From Octopus vulgaris (lineage: Eukaryota), in NCBI GenBank assembly GCA_951406725.2, contig OX597833.1, positions 7,254,001 through 7,318,000 of the forward strand: a DNA stretch of 64,000 bases. The letters are read 5' to 3'. Made by a program: the position numbers and the translations under genes. The number at the start of each line of letters is the position of its first letter. Within the stretch, counting starts at the first letter, position 1. Below, piece after piece: positions 53,617 through 64,000 of this stretch. The notes beneath the pieces are model-generated. The model did no database searches, was not told where the DNA came from, and was given only the letters and a program-made list of their open reading frames with translations.

Positions 53617-53680
<64 letters not shown>

Positions 53681-53926
53681 TTTACCTAAACTCTCACACA
53701 AAATGATTGACGTAACCGAATACGAAATGTAAAAATCGGAACCGATCTATTACAAGACTAAATATATTCTTCGAGTAGAATCAGAACGTATTTCAAGGCA
53801 AAAGTTTTAGTAACGCGCGCGCGTGCGCGTGTATGTGTGTGATTGTGTGTGTGTTGAATTGTATGTGTGTGTGAGTGTGTATGTGCATAGATATGTATAT
53901 GTGTGCATATACACGCATATACATAC

Positions 53927-54010
<84 letters not shown>

Positions 54011-55305
54011 ACACACACACACAATCCCTCCCATACATATATATTATAGGGTGGGTATATAAAATCCTATGAAATGTCTGCTTTAAGCATTACTCAACAC
54101 TAACAGAAGTTTGCTTTCCCTAAATACTAAATTACTCTTAGACTTTAACTGTTTCTTCCCACATCCTGCATGTTGTTAGCATTTCTAATTATCTGTGTGT
54201 GTGTATGATTGTGTGTACGTGTGTGAGCGAGCGAGTGTGCGCATGCGTAAATTGAGCGGAGATACGATAACAGAAACCAGGAATGTTTAGTTTAAGAGCC
54301 AGGTATGCAGCTGATGTGTGTGAGGCGAGGTGGTTGCCGTGGGGGTTAGGAAGCGATGCGGAATGGGGCTTGTGTGTGGGTGGGTGCGTAAGGGGTATAA
54401 ATTTCGAGGCTGCTAGGTGTGTGTTGCAAACCCGCCAAAAATAGCGAGTGTGCAGCGCACACCTAAGCTTTCTCACATAATAATAGCATCAGCGATCTTA
54501 ATGAGGGACTAATTTTTCTGTCCCCTGTTATGAAATACTAGGCAGCAATTCTGAAACAGCACTGTGCACCCTACAACTAATTCTCTTAAAATACTGGGTG
54601 CATCACGGTTTAATGAGAGACAGATAGATATCTGGAAGAGAAGTGTGGTAACATTTCACAAGCATAAATCCTCTGTTTGTCTTCGAGGTGGGAATTTGGA
54701 TGTATAAATTCATTGAAAATTCTTTAACTGTAAAGAATTGCTTTTATGCTAATTCTGTTGTTGCAGTAACATGAAAGAATCTGGGAGTTAACAATAATAA
54801 CTGAGACAAACTGAAGTTAGTTTGGGTTGAGAAGAGGGCGCGAGTGTAATTATTGTGGAGACGAAGATTAATTCAAGGCCTCGTTGTCCAGGGCAGGCAA
54901 ATCCTGCAGACTTAAGGGTAAGGGTTACATTTGTGACCTTTAGTTACCTGCTGAAGGTACAGAAGGGTTTCCTACATTATGATGGATTTAGCCACAATCA
55001 GAAGAGGAGCTTGAAGGATTTCTAAGTTGTTCCTGCAATTTCTGTTTGGAGCAAAGCATCTTTGATGTTTATTTCACCAAATATATTTTAAAATTGAATT
55101 CACATTCAGAAAGGGCTGAGTTAGGTTAAAGTGGGATTATTTAGAGAAATGGTCTGAAGTTTGCATCTTTTACTGTTACGTAAGTAATAGTGACTCGGAG
55201 CCGCATGAGGCCCGCAACTTAATTTTGGTTTTCCGTGCTATTTGTTTTTATAAACACTAAACTTTAGAGATGCAGGGATGATGCAAACTTAAAAATGTAT
55301 ATTTA

Positions 55306-55402
<97 letters not shown>

Positions 55403-55780
55403 TATATATATATATATATAAATAGTGGCACAACAAGGCACCAATGTTTGCTGGAAATAGTTGTCGATAACCGTACGACGCTACGTAAAGTTTCACTAAA
55501 TGTATAGAGGCAAAGATGTGAGCGGGCGGCGAACATAAAAATGTTTTGTCTTCCCTTTGGGAGAAACGCCAGAGAAATTGACAACCAAGAATGGATAACC
55601 TCGTACTCGAGTTTCAGACTTTGCCAAATACGTTTGTTATCGTAAATCTGGTTAGTCTTCGTCAGCGAGGTTCATCTAAGACAAAATCTGAAATATCCGC
55701 TACATCAATGCCTGTATAATTCAACCTTTACGGTGTTTATCGCTGGAAAATAATTCTATTGCATCGTAATAATATTAATA

Positions 55781-55856
<76 letters not shown>

Positions 55857-56143
55857 AATATTATATATATACATAGATATTTACGTATACATACATACAC
55901 ATACATACATATACATACATACACACAACTCGATACACGTAGCATAGAGTTAGCTTTGCTCATTTATTTCAAACTGGTCTTTCACTTCCAGCAGAAACTC
56001 AGAGTAGTAAAACTCAGACGGAGTGAAATGTCTGCTATGAATAAACATATATACACAGATGCATACATATGCTGGGGCATGTGTGTATGTTTACGTGTAT
56101 ATGTGTCTGTTTCTGTGCGTGCATGTGTGTTTGTGTGTATGTA

Positions 56144-56239
<96 letters not shown>

Positions 56240-57178
56240 TGTTTGTGTGTGTGTCTGATGATTGTTGTTTGTGTCCAACAACTCCAACTGTTTCAGTTTA
56301 ATCCGTCTAAAACTTGATTACTGCGAGACTTAAATTCAGTTTCCATTCCTCGGTTTACCTTAACTTGGCGAATCTGAAAACATTAAATCATTCATAATTC
56401 TTGTTTTTTTGGCCACCAATTTTGGTGATGCGGACTGTCCAGAATTCAGTTCTAATCAGGGAAGAGTAATTGGAATTTTCTACTTTCTGAAACTCAATGA
56501 GTTGTTGGTTCACCAATTAAGACTTGAGATTCACGTAGCAAAAATAAATCTATGGGATTAAGTGACTTTTGCATAACCCCGTCGTCTCCGAACGCAACTT
56601 AGGGAAGGAAACGAAATCGGAATCGCAAGATGAGTTACAAATTAATAAAGTAAACAACAGGATCTGATGAAATCGGCGATGATGTTCTGTATCAGTAATT
56701 AGGGAGTATAAACAGTTTAAAAGATGAGCTGATGAAACTAGTAATGATGATATCTATCAGCAATTAGTAAGTTGATATAGTTTAAAAGTGGCAGAAGTCG
56801 GTTTACAGTAAGGAAGAGAAAATGTCTGACGTTTTTATCAATTTCTCACGAAATTATAAAGTTTGGTTTTTGTATAATGCTGTCTGTCATTGTTTAAGGT
56901 TGTGACTTGCTTCGAACTATTGGAAGCTGTTAATACAGATATTGATGTAGATATTGGCAATCTTTCTTCTGATTTATAGTCGATTGTGTTGTCCTATCGA
57001 TAAATATTTAATCTTAACGATGTTTGTAAAAGTTCATCCAATCACTTCTACATCGGAGATTCAATCATTCATTTCACACATTTATTCATGCGCAAGCGCA
57101 CTCACGCATACACACACACACATACATACATACAGACCTTTAAATGTATTTTTGATGATAAGTACAAAATATCTTGTA

Positions 57179-57261
<83 letters not shown>

Positions 57262-57392
57262 TAGGTATAGTCAGTGTATAACTAACACACCGATACTTTT
57301 TTAGTTTTATCAATAGTTTCATGACAGAATTAATAGCCGTCAATCGTCAGACAATATAATAAAAAATATTTTATGAAGGTACAACAACTATT

Positions 57393-57462
<70 letters not shown>

Positions 57463-57630
57463 AATAAAACGTAATCACCCACCACCAGAATGTGTAAGAG
57501 TGAAAAATAAAAATAAGATTTTTAAAAAGACTGTAAAGAAAGAGGCTATCATTTTGATGGGGAGAAAACTTTTCTGTTTCTTCATGAAACTGGGTCTTTA
57601 TCTGTTTTCGCCTTCTTGTTCCCTTACCAG

Positions 57631-57699
57631 GTATAAACAGCTTCTCAGACGATAAAAATGAAGCGAAGAGTGCGCACCCTACATCCGGGGTATTTGGTG
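57631..57699 (+). CDS. Candidate exon containing a start codon (ATG 57658; MKRRVRTLHPGYLV, phase 0), product unknown
   Basis: Strong acceptor ttttcgccttcttgttcccttaccag|, aaaaATG context, donor gtg|gtaagg; non-repetitive flanks. Confidence 0.45.
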
Positions 57700-58470
57700 G
57701 TAAGGGCCGACATTTTCAGCGTTCAATCTACCACTGTTCTTCTTGTTCTTGTTGCTACCAGCACACACCGTTATTACTGTTCCGGCTGTTACTGTTATTC
57801 TTGTTGAAATCATGTTTTGCTGTATTCAGTATTAAATTGAATGTTCCATGGTTTTTCAGTAAAAAAACAAAAGCAAAAAAAAAAAAAAAAACGGGAATCA
57901 TTTGGCATCACGTGATCACCATGCGATTTTGGATTTTTGTGGTTGTTTGTTTTAGCACTTTTTGTACAATGAAGCATTTCACCAGTGAGAAGCCAACAAC
58001 GTGAGAATCTGTGACATGTTAAAACTAAATAATCATTAGGATAAACACATTCACATACAGAGCACAGTCAGTACGTGTTACTAATAGCTTCAAAATCACA
58101 CAATTATACAGATGAGTTGAGCTGAGCTCATTGCAATCAGATATGCAATTTCTTTTATAACTGCCTCTCTCAGCAAATGAACGAACTCAACTATTTTAAA
58201 ACCTTTTAACATGAGCTGACGGTGCTCTATACTTGTAGAAATGTAAAAAATAGCTCCACATTCTTTATATAGAATTCTCTTCACTTTGTCATATAAAACT
58301 TACTTGTTCACTATATATATATATAATACTATTTTGTAGTGGGTAGTTCTTATTCCATATGTCTGCTTCTTTGTCCGCTGCTACCTAATACGTGTGCATA
58401 ACAAATGTACGCTGCTTATGCAATACATATACACACACATATATATATATGTGTGTGTGCATAAATATTC

Positions 58471-58532
<62 letters not shown>

Positions 58533-58539
58533 ATAAATA

Positions 58540-58635
<96 letters not shown>

Positions 58636-58643
58636 GTGTATAA

Positions 58644-58689
<46 letters not shown>

Positions 58690-59095
58690 AAGAAAGAAAA
58701 GAGAGAGAGAGAGATTAAATATATGGATAGAAATAATTGTTATTCTGACCCTGTAAATAATAAGCTGTTCTAATATAGATTTAGTGAATCGAAAAATGCA
58801 ATCCTGGGGCTTTTCCCACCTAAACTAAGGCTTATTATTTTTTTGTGTGTCATGGCGTCAGGTTCGTGGCTTCTCGCTGTTGCTTTAAATAATCACAGTT
58901 TCAGAAACAAAAGAAAATGTCTCCAGCAATCATTCACGCTTTTGCTGCTTCCAATGGCTTCTGTGATGTTTTTTTTCTTTTTCTTTTTACTTTTAAAATG
59001 TTATTAATGTTGTTGCTACGCTTTACTGCTATTATTTATTGCATCTTGTTGCAAGCTTTTGCACTCAGCACCATTACCGAAGGATACACACACAC

Positions 59096-59126
<31 letters not shown>

Positions 59127-59281
59127 TGTATGTATGTATGTATGTATATGTGTATGTATGTATGTATGTAAGTACTTATGTGTGTGCGCGCGCGTTAGCT
59201 TGTGTGTGTGTAACGATAAATAAACACACACGCAATGCGTAAATGGATGGATGAATATATGTATGTATGTATGTATGTATG

Positions 59282-59313
<32 letters not shown>

Positions 59314-59586
59314 CACATATACATACATACATATATATATATATACATATATATACACATATACATATATATATATACATATACATACACACACACATAT
59401 ATATATATATATGTGTGTGTGTGTATGTATATAATTAGAGGATATGTTAACCTCGTGAAGAGATGGTTACCTCCAAGGAAATACTGGTTCAATAACTAGT
59501 ATTTTTGGGGAATGAAATTCCCTTAAATCAATAGGTATATTAAGCATATAGTTTCTATACAGTAAAAAAAAGAAGAAAATGAAGAT

Positions 59587-59747
59587 AAGGAAGTTAACAA
59601 TTATTTAGGACTAACAAATTGGTCATCTTCGCTTCTTACAGCTGTTTCAATTAATTCTCAATAATTAAATTATTGAGTAACAATTGAACCAGCTCGAAGA
59701 AGTGAAGATGGCGAATTTATTGATTATAAATAATTGTTAATTTCCTT
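59587..59747. mobile_element. Fold-back H5 retaining only the 3' half of a hammerhead
   Basis: ~80-bp imperfect arms centred on ctcaataatt a aattattgag; GAAA-CAGCTG-TA on minus strand at 59637-59648. Confidence 0.6.
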
Positions 59748-59803
59748 CTCTCTCTCATATATATATATATATATATTTATTTTATTTTATCTTATTTTAT
59801 CTA

Positions 59804-59907
<104 letters not shown>

Positions 59908-59964
59908 CGTATATGATAAGGCACTAAAAGAGAATTGCTCTCCCCAGACACAGTAATATATATA

Positions 59965-60167
59965 GGTTAAAGTAATGAGAAAGGCGAACAATTAGTAAAA
60001 GCAGGACTATGGCAGTAAAATAATACAAAACAGATAAAGATATTAGAGAATGTTCCTACTATCTTTATCTGTTTTGTATTATTTTACTGTTTTTAGATTG
60101 AATTAAATGAATTAAAATGCCATAGTCCTGCCCTCGCTACCTGTTTGCCTTCCTCACTAATTTAACC
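59965..60167. repeat. Fold-back with 30-bp perfect inner arms
   Basis: 60013-60042 / 60060-60089 perfect; outer arms imperfect. Confidence 0.8.
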
Positions 60168-60436
60168 GATACCTACTGATTCAAAGGTAAGCTACCAATT
60201 TCCAGTTTTTTTTTTCCAAACAAGTCATTCACACAACCACAACTCCAGCAGCTGTTCTAACTGGAATTTTGGCGGATTACCTCTGGCATCACTCGTCATA
60301 TTTTCTGTGTATATAAACATATATGATGAAAGTAAACAAAAAGTTTTCTTTAGAAGCGTTGAGATGTGTTGAAAGATAAGATACAGAAATAATTTATTCT
60401 CAAACGCGTGATAATGCTAATAAAATAGCGTGAACA

Positions 60437-60501
<65 letters not shown>

Positions 60502-60769
60502 AATATCGTGATAATATCGATTTAAATATGGATATTACTCTAAGTGGCCATCATGGAATAAATACCCTGCATGGTGGTGTCTCTCGGACACACCTATTTA
60601 TAGTTGTATATATATATACACTATACATATACCATATATATATATATATATGTGTTATATATATATATAATATATATATATATATATGTATATATATATG
60701 CAATATATATATATGTATATATATGTATATGTATATATGTTATATATATATATGTATATATATATATAT

Positions 60770-60829
<60 letters not shown>

Positions 60830-60835
60830 CGTATA

Positions 60836-60905
<70 letters not shown>

Positions 60906-61012
60906 TATGCACATGAATAAGACACTGCAGTTTTTGAAAGTCTTCTCTGTGGATTATGAACACACTTTAATTTCCATTGTTCTGAATAAACAGAAAAAAG
61001 TGGTTATCTTCT

Positions 61013-61053
61013 TACAGACCTGTTTCGGGCTAATTGCATCCTCGTCAGAGGAG
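61013..61053 (-). ncRNA. Hammerhead-like core, stem I unpaired
   Basis: CTGACGA-ggatgc aatta gccc-GAAA-CAGG-TC. Confidence 0.45.
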
Positions 61054-61433
61054 ATGCATAAGACATACTTAACGCATGCATATCATTGAAAGATCCCTTT
61101 ATAGCTGCTGAGTGCTTAAAACACAATATACTTCATGAAACATATGGTATACTACCTGCGTGGTTAAACTTCGTAACCTGAAGTTTCGTATTACGGAACA
61201 TTTCCGAACAGTCATTTAATGGGGAAATATAATTCTCTAATAAGAAGCAACGGCAGGAAATCTTATTTGATGTAGGATTTCGTTTCATCATTTGAGTAGT
61301 CTTTAGAAAATGTTTCGTAATATAAGACTTGAAGTCATGAAGTATATCTACTAATGAGCCAAATATACATATACAAATGCATACACACATGCTTATATAT
61401 ATATATGTGTGTATATGTATGTATGTATGTATG

Positions 61434-61509
<76 letters not shown>

Positions 61510-61581
61510 CATACATATGTATATATATATATATGTATATATATGTACATATATGTATATATATATGTGTATATATATATA

Positions 61582-61653
<72 letters not shown>

Positions 61654-62071
61654 AACTTTCTGTGGACACGGCTGGGTGGCGTTCGATTATATATAAATAA
61701 TTAAAATACACTTTAAGTACAGGACATCACGAACGAATGAAAAATACGTAAACACACGAGAGATAAGTGAAAGACAAAATACCGTAGATATGTATATACA
61801 AAGTGATATATATTTATAAACCAGTCAATATGCAGGGATGTAATTTTACAGCACAATTCATATTGTTTTGTTACAATCTGCTTTAACTCACACAGCCTAA
61901 GCGATTTATATTGCATGATTGAAGCAATGTTGCAAATATTGCACACAACTGCATCATTTAAAATACAATCGTAATCATCATCGTCGTCGTCGTCATCATC
62001 ATCATCATTAGTATTGCCTTCGTCGTCGTCTCTGCCTTCGTTTTCATCGTTGTTGTCGTCATCGTTACCGC

Positions 62072-62136
<65 letters not shown>

Positions 62137-62287
62137 GGGTGGAGCACTTGCAGAAAACAGCACTGCTTGGAACTGCTCGAATACTCCGGAAGGTGCTCGA
62201 AAAATAAGAGGTGATACCTTAGTTCACTGGTAGTGAACAGCTGACACCACAGTACCACTCCAGCATTAGAAGCTATGCATAGGCAAA
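62137..62287 (+). mobile_element. Severely 5'-truncated R4/Dong-type insertion within (AAT)n
   Basis: VEHLQKTALLGTARILRKVLEK* plus short 3' UTR; pure (AAT)n on both sides. Confidence 0.85.
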
Positions 62288-62370
<83 letters not shown>

Positions 62371-62385
62371 TAATAATAATAATCA

Positions 62386-62462
<77 letters not shown>

Positions 62463-62771
62463 GCAACAGCGAAAAGAAAAATAATAGATATAACAACAAC
62501 AATAATGAGGAGAAACAACACGTAGTATGGGTAAGAGAACTGAGAATCATTGGTGTGCGATGAAATGAGATCAATGACTTCACAAAATAGTTTTAAAGTG
62601 GAATTTGATAGACGGAAACTGTGCCAAAGACCCTTAGACAATTGCCATTACCAATAATTTGAAATGATTTCCAAGAATGAAAGGTGGTGGCTTAAGAATT
62701 TCTTTGATGCCTTCAGGTTCTCGAAGGTTCAGGTTCTCTTAAAAAGCGTTCTAAAATATTGCGATGGCACA

Positions 62772-62876
62772 TCTTCTTCTTCTTCTTCTTCTTCTTCTTC
62801 TTCTTCTTCTTCTTCTTCTTCTTCTTCTTCTTCTTCTTCTTCTTCTTCTTCTTCTTCTTCTTCTTCTTCTTCTTCT
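62772..62876. repeat. (CTT)n trinucleotide tract
   Basis: Direct inspection. Confidence 0.95.
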
Positions 62877-63489
62877 GTCTTCCTCTTCTCTCTTCCATCT
62901 GTTATCCTCTTCGTTGTTGTCTCGTCAACGTCGCCACCGTCGTCGTTATTGCCCTTCTTCTCTACCTCCTCTTCCACCTCCCCACTTCCTATTCCTCCAC
63001 CTCACCTCCCTTCACCTCCTCTTCCTCCTCTTCATCTTCATGAAACCCACGGCCACAACCAACAGCAACAACTACATCTTCAGAAACATTCCCAAAATGT
63101 CACAACTCTCATCATTGTTTGGTTCTTTTAAATATAAACCTTTTTAAAATATCTTCTCACACCCTCACGAATTGAATTGTTTAAGGTTAGTTCCTGTTTT
63201 GAAGGATTGACGTCTAGGGACCCCGTAAGTCTCATGAAACTAGGGCTCAGCAACTAAGAATTCCCTAACCAAGACACAAACCTGTGTAAGGTATTTTTCA
63301 TAAAAGACCTGTAGTTGCCCATAAATACAAATTTTTGTCTCTAACCCACTGATGTTCAAGGGAAACCTAAGATCCGATACATGTAGGTACTAGTATTTGA
63401 CAGTGTAGGGAATAATGTAGGGAACCGGAACAGATATCGCAAACTACCTCAGCCGACGTTCTTACAATTTGGGGTAAGCTACCATTCTT

Positions 63490-64000
63490 CATTGTTAGGT
63501 TTTAGTGACCTGGAAAGAATGAAGAGTAAAGTTGATGTGGGCGAGATTGGAACTCAGATCTTAGAATGGCGGAATAAGTAGCGTAAGATATTCTGTTCGA
63601 CTATTTGATGACTTTGCTAAATTTACTGCTCACCAAACAAAACCACTTCCAATGCCAGCAGTTTGCCCCAGGGGGTAAAGCGATTACATCGACTCCAGCA
63701 CTCAATAGGTACTTATTTTATCGACCCTGAGAAGACAAAAGGCAAAGTCGACCTTGGTGGTATTTGAACTCAGAGCATAAGGCGCCAGAAGAACTGCCAC
63801 TAAGCTTTCGGTCTGGGGTGCTGATAATTCTACCAGCTCGCCACCTCGATTCCAAAGTCTTGCAACAAACGACCAATTTTAGGGGAAAAGGGTGGTTTGT
63901 CTATTGCATCAACCCCCAGTACTTGACTGGTATTTTATTTCATCGATCTTGAAATACAAAGTTGATTTCAGCTGGATTTGAACCCAGAACATACAAAGCC
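63490..64000 (-). mobile_element. Three degraded tandem SINE family B copies
   Basis: Reverse B-box motif (tttgaactcag/ttggaactcag) at ~63550, ~63765, ~63980. Confidence 0.7.

Noticed and set aside
56667-56790. Two CTGATGA motifs ~62 bp apart (snoRNA or hammerhead-like)
   Set aside because: Explained by a diverged tandem duplication; no stem II/GAAA arrangement or terminal stem

Overview
Repeat-saturated, AT-rich animal genomic DNA. The tRNA-derived SINE families and the extreme microsatellite load point to an Octopus (coleoid cephalopod) genome; this is recognition, not a database match. No intact cellular gene is evident, and almost all listed ORFs are microsatellite artefacts. The window reads as a long intron or 5' region with a few candidate + strand exons, the best being 57631-57699 (ATG, MKRRVRTLHPGYLV). 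Recognisable elements: four SINE families (over 30 copies or fragments), a 5'-truncated RTE-clade LINE with a 13-bp TSD nested in an older BovB-like LINE, R4/Dong-type retrotransposon fragments in (AAT)n and (CATA)n tracts, two mariner remnants, a non-autonomous Helitron and several MITEs. The main unexplained signal is a set of unrelated short non-coding repeats carrying minimal type I hammerhead-ribozyme motifs (CUGANGA-stem II-GAAA-palindromic stem III), mostly ending in or near (TA)n. Five occur as fold-back inverted duplications with identical polarity. This suggests a Penelope-like or retrozyme-type family set with a snap-back insertion mechanism. All alignments and folds were done by eye, and coordinates of degraded elements are approximate.
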